Sequence record: NC_070871.1
DNA: 64,000 nucleotides
Source: Escherichia phage PGN829.1
Direction: 5' to 3' (one strand)
A program made the translations under genes and the position numbers. A model generated the notes under the pieces. The model ran no database searches and had not been told where the DNA came from. It saw only the letters and a list, made by a program, of their open reading frames with translations. Below are positions 19,013-27,648 of the stretch, piece after piece; the stretch's first letter is position 1, and every line of letters begins with the position of its first letter.

Positions 19013-19313
19013 CGAGTGCCTCCATCAGTATTTTACGAATAACGTTAACATCAGATTCAGTACCAATTAAACCAACAGGTTTACCTGTACTATCAGTTAC
19101 AAAGCCAGCAATCCTTTCCATCTCTGCTGTAATTAACTTGTCACCATTAATAAGACGATTACGAAGGTAAGCCTCATAAGCTACCTCTATATCTTCTACC
19201 GTGGTTCTTTCGTTACGAGCAAATGGATTACTTAATGGGAATGGTAAATGTACCCGTATATTCCTGTCAGCTACTTTAGCTTGGTGAGGAAGTATACATA
19301 CTATTTCATTCAA
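18999..19313 (-). CDS. hypothetical protein
   Basis: 104-aa ORF. Confidence 0.3.
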   Translation of the reverse strand: MNEIVCILPHQAKVADRNIRVHLPFPLSNPFARNERTTVEDIEVAYEAYLRNRLINGDKLITAEMERIAGFVTDSTGKPVGLIGTESDVNVIRKILMEALGEQS

Positions 19314-19349
19314 GATTATTTCTCCTGTTTAAATACATATCTAACTATT

Positions 19350-19388
19350 CAAGAATAAAAAATAGGAGCCTCCTAATGGAGGACTCCT
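19350..19388 (-). terminator. intrinsic terminator (minus strand)
   Basis: About 10-bp stem AGGAGCCTCC/GGAGG(A)CTCCT with TAAT loop, followed by TATTTTTTATTCTT on minus strand. Confidence 0.5.
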
Positions 19389-19390
19389 TA

Positions 19391-19519
19391 CTATTTGACA
19401 CATGAATGATTGAAGGTAACAATCTTACGTACTGGTTCAGATGTCTTTTGCTTAGCAGCCAGACGTTCTTTCATCTTTTGTACGTCAGATTTATTACCTA
19501 AAATAAGTGATTTACGCAT
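19391..19519 (-). CDS. small hypothetical protein (42 aa), below ORF-track cutoff
   Basis: Own translation MRKSLILGNKSDVQKMKERLAAKQKTSEPVRKIVTFNHSCVK; AAGGA SD about 9 nt upstream; fills the gap before the terminator. Confidence 0.3.
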   Translation of the reverse strand: MRKSLILGNKSDVQKMKERLAAKQKTSEPVRKIVTFNHSCVK

Positions 19520-19523
19520 TATA

Positions 19524-19997
19524 TTAATCCTTACCATGATTAGAGTGGAAACCATATTCATTGTTAGCTAACTCTCTAGCTTCTACAGCTTCTTCGAAAG
19601 TGTTGAATCTACCTAAATGCTTTAGCTTACCATTAATCTTTATACGAACTCTCCATTTACCAGCTTCATATCTTACTCCCGTTGCACCTGACGTATTATT
19701 AGAAGCTCTACTTCTATTACGATTGTTATCTTGGGAAGATACTGCCCTTAGGTTTTCTAAACGGTCATCTGTTCGTATGTGATTGATATGGTCAACCATA
19801 TAACCGTCAGGCAATTTACCGTTGTGCATTTCCCAGATTATAGTAGCTGCCTTAAGATGTCGGTATTTTACTTGGACATATACATATCCACTGTACGTGT
19901 CGAAACTTCCAGCAATATCCCCACTTTTAGCTCTGCCACTACTAACCTTCCAGTAGAGTTTGCCTTCACGGTAGGAGAAGAGTTCATGCCAGTCCAT
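19524..19997 (-). CDS. HNH homing endonuclease with AP2-type DNA-binding domain
   Basis: 157 aa; YMVDHINHIRTDDRLENLR (HNH_3-type) and GVRYEAGKWRVRIKINGKLKHLGRFNTFEEA (AP2-like). Confidence 0.65.
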   Translation of the reverse strand: MDWHELFSYREGKLYWKVSSGRAKSGDIAGSFDTYSGYVYVQVKYRHLKAATIIWEMHNGKLPDGYMVDHINHIRTDDRLENLRAVSSQDNNRNRSRASNNTSGATGVRYEAGKWRVRIKINGKLKHLGRFNTFEEAVEARELANNEYGFHSNHGKD

Positions 19998-20190
19998 ATT
20001 TGGTTCCCATGATTAATGACTTACGCATGTTTAGTACTCCACATAAAGTTAAAAGGCTTGCTGTTACGTACAATTCTTACAACCATTTGATAGCCATTGA
20101 GTTGCACAACACCATAGTGTCGTTTCTGTACACCAGTGTGATATCTACGAAAGATACATTCTTCAATGGCACCTTCTATGTTAGTGAATA

Positions 20191-20409
20191 TCACTGGTTC
20201 CTCTTTGCAAACTCTTCTGCTTCTTTAGCCCATAGTTGCTTGCGTACCTCTTTAGCTACGATGGAAGCAAACAGACACTTAACGAATACAACAGGTAACT
20301 TACAGATAAGTACCAGCTTAGTTCTTACCCACTTGGCTCCATTGAGAATGTAACCACGTAGGCGATACAGCACATAACAGAGTATTACAAACGCAATGAA
20401 GTCCAACAT
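20191..20409 (-). CDS. small membrane protein
   Basis: 72 aa, hydrophobic N-terminal helix. Confidence 0.3.
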   Translation of the reverse strand: MLDFIAFVILCYVLYRLRGYILNGAKWVRTKLVLICKLPVVFVKCLFASIVAKEVRKQLWAKEAEEFAKRNQ

Positions 20410-20413
20410 AGTC

Positions 20414-20599
20414 TTACACCTTATGAAGTTTACGGATTTGTTTACGAGTAGGTTTAGCTACAAAGAAGTGGTCATGGTGCTGACCATTCTTATCTTCTAC
20501 AGATACCTGCCAACGAGCATTAAGTGATATCTTACTGCCCCAAGGTTGCAACATATTAATCATCTTCTGAGAGTTATAACGGTTACATAATGTACGCAT
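20414..20599 (-). CDS. hypothetical protein
   Basis: 61-aa ORF. Confidence 0.25.
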   Translation of the reverse strand: MRTLCNRYNSQKMINMLQPWGSKISLNARWQVSVEDKNGQHHDHFFVAKPTRKQIRKLHKV

Positions 20600-20703
20600 T
20601 GTGGTTACTCCTTCATCTAATATAAATCTATATCTATCTGGTTACTGTTTCAGTACCCTTCGTCTAAAGATACTCAAAAAGTAGAAATAGCTTATCGTCT
20701 AGT

Positions 20704-20733
20704 TAAAAATAAAAGACTCCCCGAAGGGAGTCT
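20704..20733 (-). terminator. intrinsic terminator (minus strand)
   Basis: 8-bp stem AGACTCCC/GGGAGTCT with CGAA loop, then TTTATTTTTAAC on minus strand. Confidence 0.55.
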
Positions 20734-20742
20734 TATGGTTGA

Positions 20743-21126
20743 TTAGAAAGTCAGTTTACGAGCATATTTATTCTCGTCTGCTGGGATGTCAGCAGCCTCT
20801 GCTTTCACACGACGAAGTTGAACTTGCAGGTTAATGATACCTTCTTCACCTGGTTCCAGGTTCTGAGCATATTCGATTAACTGTTCCAGCAAGTCGTTCT
20901 GTGCACAACGCATAGCACGGAAGTCAGCATTGCTGCTATTAGTAGGCAGTGGTTCCTGAGTATCCAGCGGAATACCAGTAGGCAATGAGATGAATTTCTC
21001 ATCATCAGAGCCTTCATTAGCTACATAACCAATGTTCAGCCAGAACTGAGCTTTAGGCTTATCAGCCTTAGCAGTAGAAGTAGCAGCAGCGTTAGATTGA
21101 CCGAAAGTGAATTTTTGAATAGACAT
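20743..21126 (-). CDS. hypothetical protein (127 aa from internal ATG)
   Basis: ORF 20743-21219 trimmed to ATG at 21124-21126 (MSIQKFTFG...), which has a GGAG SD; the upstream in-frame start lacks an SD. Confidence 0.35.
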   Translation of the reverse strand: MSIQKFTFGQSNAAATSTAKADKPKAQFWLNIGYVANEGSDDEKFISLPTGIPLDTQEPLPTNSSNADFRAMRCAQNDLLEQLIEYAQNLEPGEEGIINLQVQLRRVKAEAADIPADENKYARKLTF

Positions 21127-21233
21127 TTTGTACTCTCCAGATTTATGTGATTTACGGGTGAACTCGTCGGTGAGAACACCCAAACAAAAGGATAAAAGTT
21201 CAATGATTAGTGGATGCATTTACATCATCCATA

Positions 21234-21248
21234 AGACGCGGAGCGTCT
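21234..21248 (-). promoter_or_regulatory. candidate hairpin promoter of the N4 virion-RNAP type (6-bp stem, GGA loop) driving minus-strand transcription
   Basis: Plus strand reads AGACGC-GGA-GCGTCT; core GCGGAGC equals the core of the N4 P2 hairpin as I recall it; in a 127-nt intergenic gap upstream of the ATG at 21126. Confidence 0.35.
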
Positions 21249-21253
21249 GGTTT

Positions 21254-21472
21254 TTAAGGCTCAAAGCCAGGTTGTAATTGATAAGGTAATTCAACAACTT
21301 TCCAGTATCTATCGTGATATTCTGGAGTGGATTCGTTGATAGCATCTGCAACCTTTTGTGCAGCTTCTTCACTGTGAAAGTAAGGGAGATTCTCTACGAA
21401 TTTCTCGTCTGGATAATCCCCATCAAAGTTGTCTGTTTGTACGATTTTAAACTGAGGCATATCTATCTCCAA
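21254..21472 (-). CDS. hypothetical protein
   Basis: 72-aa acidic ORF. Confidence 0.3.
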   Translation of the reverse strand: MEIDMPQFKIVQTDNFDGDYPDEKFVENLPYFHSEEAAQKVADAINESTPEYHDRYWKVVELPYQLQPGFEP

Positions 21473-21510
21473 AGTAGATAGTTATCTACTTTTGATTGAC
21501 TATCTAATGT

Positions 21511-21538
21511 TTATAAAAGGAGACTCCGAAGAGCCTCC
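21511..21538 (-). terminator. intrinsic terminator (minus strand)
   Basis: Stem GGAGACTC/GAGCCTCC (one G-U) with CGAA loop, followed by CTTTTATAAAC on minus strand. Confidence 0.45.
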
Positions 21539-21546
21539 TAGGTGAC

Positions 21547-21870
21547 TTAGTCTTTAGTCAGGATGTCAATTACTTTGGAATATTCTGCGTTATAGATACG
21601 AGCGTTCTCTGAATCCTTGCAGAATTCTTCAATACTTTTCTTACGCAGAGTCTCAGTCATAGCTGTTTCCTCTGCCAGTTTATTAACAAAGGTATGCATT
21701 TCTAATTTAGTACGAATGGCTTGTTTCTCTGCCATAGTACTTACATATGAATTAAGCATACCTACTGCTTTAGTTGCTGTACCGAATGTATCTGCAACAG
21801 TAGTAGCAGCTGAGTTAACAGTACCAAGTAAAGTTCCTGCGGTCATACGTACAGTAGCGGTAGTAGTCAT
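21547..21870 (-). CDS. hypothetical protein
   Basis: 107-aa ORF. Confidence 0.3.
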   Translation of the reverse strand: MTTTATVRMTAGTLLGTVNSAATTVADTFGTATKAVGMLNSYVSTMAEKQAIRTKLEMHTFVNKLAEETAMTETLRKKSIEEFCKDSENARIYNAEYSKVIDILTKD

Positions 21871-22071
21871 GATGATAGCTCCAATAGTTGATGATAGGAC
21901 GACATGTCCATAACATGCGGAGCATGTGTAACGTGTAAGGTGGGGTAGGGTAGTGGCTACACCGTCAACATACCGGGGGGGCTAGTTGAGTGTAAGGGTG
22001 TAGCCCCAGCCACAACACTGCTGCTGTACATAGTTATGACCAAAATGGTATGCAAAAATATGATAGCTATC

Positions 22072-22410
22072 CTACTTATAAGCAGTTAAATAGGAGGGAG
22101 CTTTGTTTATGAAACGTATAGTCCTGAATGAGTTACCTTCCCTCACCACACTGGCTCTTATTTTTACGGGTAAGAAGATGTGGAAGTAGTCTCCTTCCGG
22201 AGCAAGGTAACAATCATGTTCGTTGAGGATAACTATCTCAGCATTACTGTTATTAAGCAGTTTATGCCCTTGGGCAAAGTTTGCTAACTCTCCAGGTTCC
22301 ATTATTAGAGTAGGATTACCATAGGGCATAACGTGGATGATTGCTTTCTCTGGTTCAGAGGAATAGTGCAGTAAGTCTGTACCATTCATGCCTAAGAGCT
22401 TAACGTTCAT
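22072..22410 (-). CDS. early-region paralog family member (divergent)
   Basis: 112 aa; weak version of the family motif (MEPGELANFAQGHKLLNN). Confidence 0.35.
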   Translation of the reverse strand: MNVKLLGMNGTDLLHYSSEPEKAIIHVMPYGNPTLIMEPGELANFAQGHKLLNNSNAEIVILNEHDCYLAPEGDYFHIFLPVKIRASVVREGNSFRTIRFINKAPSYLTAYK

Positions 22411-22714
22411 GCTTTAATACCTGTTCAAGAATGCTATCCATGTAATAACAGTATGCTTCACTGTTACTACTGTTTACAGGCATACCAATGTAATCAAATA
22501 CCCATAAGCAGAAGTGGTTTACTTCATGGATAAGTGTCGGTAAGGGTTCTGAAAAGATACCCATAAGAACCTTATTGCCGGAGTAAGAAGTGAAACCCTT
22601 ACAACCTTCTATGTCTGGTTCGTACCCTTTGAGCTTCTTGTACTTTTTTCGGAAGACTTCTCTGTCATTAACTATCTCCAGTTGTACTGGGTATGGGGAT
22701 GTGTTTATTTTCAT
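22400..22714 (-). CDS. hypothetical early protein with HExxH-like motif
   Basis: 104 aa; TLIHEVNHF; doubtful member of the neighbouring paralog family. Confidence 0.3.
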   Translation of the reverse strand: MKINTSPYPVQLEIVNDREVFRKKYKKLKGYEPDIEGCKGFTSYSGNKVLMGIFSEPLPTLIHEVNHFCLWVFDYIGMPVNSSNSEAYCYYMDSILEQVLKHER

Positions 22715-22995
22715 TGTCTTTCCTTATATACAGGGGTGTCATCCTCGAAGGATAGGATGTACTTATCTGTATTGAGGTGCCAAGGACTAAAGCTACCTTG
22801 CCAGGACATTGGTGTTCCTGGTTCTAGTAAATGTACTACTGAATTCTTATTGCATAAGAAAAGTAATCCTTGTAGTTCATGCAAGGACTGTTCGTCTGGA
22901 ACCAGGATAAGTACATCAGCATCTAGGTTATCTACATCTTTATGGAGAATGTAATCCTCCCCATTAGGTTCTGGATAAACTTTACTGATAACCAT
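22711..22995 (-). CDS. early-region paralog family member
   Basis: 94 aa; VLILVPDEQSLHELQGLLFLCN...LLEP. Confidence 0.4.
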   Translation of the reverse strand: MVISKVYPEPNGEDYILHKDVDNLDADVLILVPDEQSLHELQGLLFLCNKNSVVHLLEPGTPMSWQGSFSPWHLNTDKYILSFEDDTPVYKERQ

Positions 22996-23315
22996 TAGAG
23001 GCTCTCGTCGCTAGATAAATATGAGGTAGAAGGGTAGAGGGTAATAAGTCTACCGGTTAGGGTAGTTACTACCATAGGCTCATTCACAGATAGTATGTAC
23101 ACACTAGTGTGTTCTGGTACTTCCACGGAATCTTCTATCTTAATAAATTTGATAGGCTGCCCCAACATTAAGCAAGTACCAATGAACACTTCTGCTTCTT
23201 CACTTGGCTCATATAGGATGGTGGTAACTCTCTCCCTACCTGCCAGGATATTATCCAGCGTATATGGGGATAGATAGCAAGTAGTGGCAAAGCTAATAAG
23301 GCAGTACGGGTGCAT
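22995..23315 (-). CDS. early-region paralog family member (divergent)
   Basis: 106 aa; ILYEPSEEAEVFIGTCLMLG. Confidence 0.35.
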   Translation of the reverse strand: MHPYCLISFATTCYLSPYTLDNILAGRERVTTILYEPSEEAEVFIGTCLMLGQPIKFIKIEDSVEVPEHTSVYILSVNEPMVVTTLTGRLITLYPSTSYLSSDESL

Positions 23316-23318
23316 AAC

Positions 23319-23633
23319 TTATTTCCTTACATAGTAGTAACGGTATTCCTCATTCTCATAATGACTATCCCACTGGTACTCATCAGATACCATCATGAAT
23401 GGTAGAGCATCATGAGCACTACTAACAGCGTATACTGATGGAGGAATGATACATATAACCTTACGGTCACTACCTGCTAAGAATAACTGACCTCTTGCTT
23501 CATGGTAGTCCTCTAGAGTAGGAACCAGGATTACACGTTGTGAGCTACTGTTCATGACTTCTTCTAAAGTGAAGTCATTTGTATACAAAGATTCCCTTTC
23601 AGCATAACTGGGGACGGTCATTATGAATTTCAT
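23319..23633 (-). CDS. early-region paralog family member
   Basis: ORF 23319-23696 trimmed to ATG at 23631-23633 (GAAGGA SD); RVILVPTLEDYHEARGQLFLAG...IIPP. Confidence 0.4.
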   Translation of the reverse strand: MKFIMTVPSYAERESLYTNDFTLEEVMNSSSQRVILVPTLEDYHEARGQLFLAGSDRKVICIIPPSVYAVSSAHDALPFMMVSDEYQWDSHYENEEYRYYYVRK

Positions 23634-23997
23634 GATTGATTTTCCTTCCTTTGGGGATAGGTCTGAAGTAAATGGAAAGTGTTTTATTAAAGACATTATG
23701 GTCAGCTATCAATTCCCAACCAGGTATTTTATAGAACCTAACACCAGGGAAAATCATACTAAAGTCGCTGTAAAAGGAGAGGTCATACACCTTTGGTTCA
23801 GTGAGTATCTTAGTATTGAGTTTCAAGTTGGATAAGAAAAGAGAACCAATAACTTCGTGGGACTCTTCACAATCAGGAAAGAATACTGATTGCCACGGGG
23901 TAATGAACTTACTTACTATCTCTGGTTCCCCAAGGTAGTAAGGTTCTTGATTACGAAGTATTCCAGTAATATCAATATCAAAAGCGTAGATGCTCAT
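23599..23997 (-). CDS. early-region paralog family member
   Basis: 132 aa; AGGAGG SD 9 nt upstream; SVFFPDCEESHEVIGSLFLSN...ILTEP. Confidence 0.4.
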   Translation of the reverse strand: MSIYAFDIDITGILRNQEPYYLGEPEIVSKFITPWQSVFFPDCEESHEVIGSLFLSNLKLNTKILTEPKVYDLSFYSDFSMIFPGVRFYKIPGWELIADHNVFNKTLSIYFRPIPKGRKINHEIHNDRPQLC

Positions 23998-24197
23998 AAT
24001 TGCATACCTCCTGAAAAAGAAATGGGGTAGAGCCTCTCGACTCTACCCCTTACCGTTTTCAATCACGGGTCAGTTCATCACCCTAGATACATGTGTATCG
24101 TTAGCCTACTAGGTAGGAAAGGAGCCGGGTAACCCTGACTGTAGAAGTTATTAACTCTTTACGAGTACCGCCACTATCTACTAGGCGGCATGACTAA

Positions 24198-24488
24198 TCA
24201 CATCGTCACCATCATCCGAACACTGTCTTTTTCTCGTCTGACGGAGACACTATGAGGTAATTTTGTGAAGAACACAAGAGATGGAATAGACTTTTCTAAA
24301 GAGTAAGTTTCTCTTGGTTCTAAGATCTTAATGCCTGGACGATTTTCTAACAGCATCATCCCAGCTAATTCGTGGTAAGTATCCTCATCGTGGGTAATGA
24401 TGATATCACCTGATAGAAAGCCAACCTTGGTGTGGTCTAGCTCAGAGTATTTATCTTCAGAGTCTTGGACTCTCATATAGATTCTCAA
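24198..24488 (-). CDS. early-region paralog family member (first gene of the minus-strand early block)
   Basis: 96 aa; TTG start with AAGGAG SD 6 nt upstream; DIIITHDEDTYHELAGMMLLEN...ILEP. Confidence 0.4.
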   Translation of the reverse strand: MRIYMRVQDSEDKYSELDHTKVGFLSGDIIITHDEDTYHELAGMMLLENRPGIKILEPRETYSLEKSIPSLVFFTKLPHSVSVRREKDSVRMMVTM

Positions 24489-24659
24489 AGGTTACTCCTT
24501 TTGGGAATAGGGTCATCGGAACATTACATACTATTTAGTATCATGAACTTTTTCTATATCATGACTAAAGTGTAACTGTATGGTATCGTTTCTTCAAGGG
24601 GTATCTCACCCCAAGAAAAGAATCTTCTTTAATAGACATAACTTTGTAGCGAGATAAGT

Positions 24660-25349
24660 ATGAGTGAACTAACTAAGCAGCAGATTGTTAATGCCCTACC
24701 TGCTAACTTCAAAAACAGTGTAACCCAGGAGTTGGTGGACACAATTAACAACATTACCCAAGACCAACTGGTTGCTGAAGCATTCCGTGAAAACTTCATC
24801 TCTTACTCTGGAGTTATGAAGGAAGGTAAGTTTAAGACACAGGACTACATGAATGCAGTTCAGTATGTGACTTATAAACACATGGGCTACTCAAACAAGG
24901 AAGCCTACTTCAAGACATTCCCTAACCGACAAGCAGAACTTGTAGCAAGGGGAACCAGTGAGAAAGACATTAGTGCTTACGTGTCTGCTTACCACAGAGG
25001 CAAGCTAGTTAACCTCATCATGGAACAAAGTTTGGTTCCAGTGTGGATTGTGAACCAGGATAATTATCAGAAAGCAATCAACGTTCAGGTTGAACTAATG
25101 ACCACAGCAGCCAGTGAGAAGGTAAGATGTGATGCAGCTAACTCTATCCTTACCCACTTGGCTAAACCAAAAGACCAGGTAACAAATATCAATCTGGACT
25201 TAAGAGAAAACTCTGGGTTGACTGACCTCAAGGCAACACTTGCTGCATTAGCTGAACAGCAAATTAATGCAATCAATAGTGGTGTACCTACCAAGGAGAT
25301 TGCTGGTTCTAAACTAGTACGTGCAAATGAGGACATTACAGATGTCTGA
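24660..25349 (+). CDS. putative terminase small subunit (by position upstream of terL)
   Basis: 229-aa first gene of the plus-strand late operon; its stop overlaps the terL start. Confidence 0.4.
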   Translation: MSELTKQQIVNALPANFKNSVTQELVDTINNITQDQLVAEAFRENFISYSGVMKEGKFKTQDYMNAVQYVTYKHMGYSNKEAYFKTFPNRQAELVARGTSEKDISAYVSAYHRGKLVNLIMEQSLVPVWIVNQDNYQKAINVQVELMTTAASEKVRCDAANSILTHLAKPKDQVTNINLDLRENSGLTDLKATLAALAEQQINAINSGVPTKEIAGSKLVRANEDITDV

Positions 25350-26931
25350 GTTAATTAAACAGGAACTAGATGAATGGCTGGACCAGGTGGATTACTCCTA
25401 CCTTAATTCATCTAACTATGTTCCTAGTCAGTTTGCTCTTACCTTTGCCAACTTTATTAAGTTGGTTAATGGTAAGGAAGGTGAATCCAACAAAACACCT
25501 CCAGTTCACTTGAAGATGTTGGATAAGATGATTAGTCCGAACCAGTATGTAGTTAACCTGTGCTTCCGTGGTGCAGGTAAGACTGCTGTGTTCATGGAAT
25601 ACTTTACTTTATTCCTGGCAGTGTTTGGTCACTTGCCCAGTCTGGGTAAAGTTGAAGGGATGATTTACGTATCCGACTCAATGGATAACGGTGCTAAATC
25701 TGCACGTAAGAATATTGAGTTCCGATATAAAAACAGTGAGTTCCTTCAGCAATGGATACCTGAAGCTACCTTTACGGATAACCTGTTAGAGTTTCGTAAT
25801 GTAGAAGGGCATCGGCTTGGCGTTAAGCTGTTTGGTGCTAAGACAGGTCTTCGTGGTACGAAGATATATGGTAAACGTCCAACACTCTGTGTATTGGATG
25901 ACTTGATTAGTGATGGTGATGCTAACTCCAAGACAAGCATGGAAGCTATCAAGGATACCGTCTATAAAGGTGTGAACCACGCCCTTGACCCAACCCGTCG
26001 TAAAGTAATTTTCAATGGTACTCCCTTTAATAAGGAAGACATTATCATTGAAGCAGTTGAGTCTGGTGCATGGGATGTCAACGTATGGCCTGTATGCGAG
26101 AAGTTCCCCTGTAGCAGGGAAGAATTTCAGGGTGCATGGGATGACCGTTTCTCATATGACTACATCAAAGCTCAATACGATATGGCAGTTAAGACGGGTA
26201 AGCTGGCAGGCTTCTATCAGGAACTTATGCTTCGTATTAGCTCTGAAGATGAGAGACTGGTTCAGGATAGTGAAATTAGATGGTATAGCAGACAGCAACT
26301 GTTAAGGATGAAGTCCTGCTACAACTATTATATTACAACCGACTTTGCTACTTCGGAGAAACAGACCAGTGACTACAGTGTCATTTCAGTTTGGGCTTAT
26401 AGTTCTAATGGAGATTGGTTCTGGGTTGATGGTGTGGCTAATCGTCAGCTTATGGATAAAAACTTTGATGACCTGTTCCGTCTGGTTCAGGAATACCAAC
26501 CACAAAACGTTGGTGTCGAAGTTACAGGTCAGCAGGGTGGATTCATTTCACTCCTTCAGAAAGAAATGATTAACCGTAATGTCTTCTTTAATTTTGCATC
26601 CTCTGAGGGTGGTAAGCCAGGCATACGTCCTGTAACCTCTAAGCTGTCACGCTTTAACCTGGTAGTTCCATGGTTCAAAGCTGGTAAGATGTACTTCCCA
26701 GAAGAGTTGAGAGATTCAACTATTATGGGTCTGTTCATGGGCCAGATTAAACTAGCTACCATTAATGGAATCAAAGGTAAGGATGACTGTATTGATACTA
26801 TCTCCATGCTGGGTTATCTCAATCCCTGGAAACCACAAGCAGGTATGACCATGGTGGATAACAAAGGTGACCCAATGTGGGATGATGAAGAAGAAGATAG
26901 TGTTAACCCACTACGTTCATACATTGTGTGA
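25342..26931 (+). CDS. terL: terminase large subunit
   Basis: Trimmed to ATG at 25342 (ATGTCTGA overlap); Walker A-like CFRGAGKTAV, Walker B-like LCVLDD; about 530 aa with C-terminal nuclease-size domain. Confidence 0.7.
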   Translation: MSELIKQELDEWLDQVDYSYLNSSNYVPSQFALTFANFIKLVNGKEGESNKTPPVHLKMLDKMISPNQYVVNLCFRGAGKTAVFMEYFTLFLAVFGHLPSLGKVEGMIYVSDSMDNGAKSARKNIEFRYKNSEFLQQWIPEATFTDNLLEFRNVEGHRLGVKLFGAKTGLRGTKIYGKRPTLCVLDDLISDGDANSKTSMEAIKDTVYKGVNHALDPTRRKVIFNGTPFNKEDIIIEAVESGAWDVNVWPVCEKFPCSREEFQGAWDDRFSYDYIKAQYDMAVKTGKLAGFYQELMLRISSEDERLVQDSEIRWYSRQQLLRMKSCYNYYITTDFATSEKQTSDYSVISVWAYSSNGDWFWVDGVANRQLMDKNFDDLFRLVQEYQPQNVGVEVTGQQGGFISLLQKEMINRNVFFNFASSEGGKPGIRPVTSKLSRFNLVVPWFKAGKMYFPEELRDSTIMGLFMGQIKLATINGIKGKDDCIDTISMLGYLNPWKPQAGMTMVDNKGDPMWDDEEEDSVNPLRSYIV

Positions 26932-26937
26932 GGAACC

Positions 26938-27648
26938 ATGCAGAAATTATCGGAAGTATACCGTGGCTTGGCACTGAGTACCTTGAAGGGTACTGGTGCA
27001 ATCACGGATGACAGATTAGATATTGAACCAGATAGTAAGCCAGAGATATTGGCTGCTATTAATGAGGGGCTGGTACGTCTGCATAGTCGTTTCCCCCTTA
27101 GAACTAATAGCTGCATTGTGGAGATGAAGGAAGGTCGTACTGATTACCCTCTTCAATCCAAATATGCTTACTCCAGATTTACTAAGCCTACTCTTGAGAT
27201 CCAATACCCATACATCATGGATGGGTTCATGAAACCTTTCCAGGATGATGTTATTAAAATCCTAAATGTGTTTGATAACTCGGGTAATCGCCGTAGACTT
27301 AACGACGACTCAGACCCTCATGCAATCTTCACTCCTCGGCCTGATACTATTCAGTGTATGCGACCTCGACACTTCGAGGCACTTAACGTAACTTATCAAG
27401 CTAAGCACCCAGTACTTACGGGTGACGAAGAACAGGAAGTTGACTTAGCAGATACACTAATGACGGCACTTCATAACTGGGTTGGTTATCGTTACCACAC
27501 TGGTTTGAATACTCCGGAAGCTAATGCTAAGGCAGCAGAGTATCTGCAAACATATGAAAGCATCTGTGGTGAGGTTGTTGATTATGACCTAGCTAATGGA
27601 AGTATTTCAATTACCGAAACTAAATTTGAACAACGAGGATGGCGATGA
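26938..27648 (+). CDS. virion structural protein (N4 gp67-like by position)
   Basis: 236-aa ORF between terL and the tail fibre gene, coupled. Confidence 0.35.
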   Translation: MQKLSEVYRGLALSTLKGTGAITDDRLDIEPDSKPEILAAINEGLVRLHSRFPLRTNSCIVEMKEGRTDYPLQSKYAYSRFTKPTLEIQYPYIMDGFMKPFQDDVIKILNVFDNSGNRRRLNDDSDPHAIFTPRPDTIQCMRPRHFEALNVTYQAKHPVLTGDEEQEVDLADTLMTALHNWVGYRYHTGLNTPEANAKAAEYLQTYESICGEVVDYDLANGSISITETKFEQRGWR

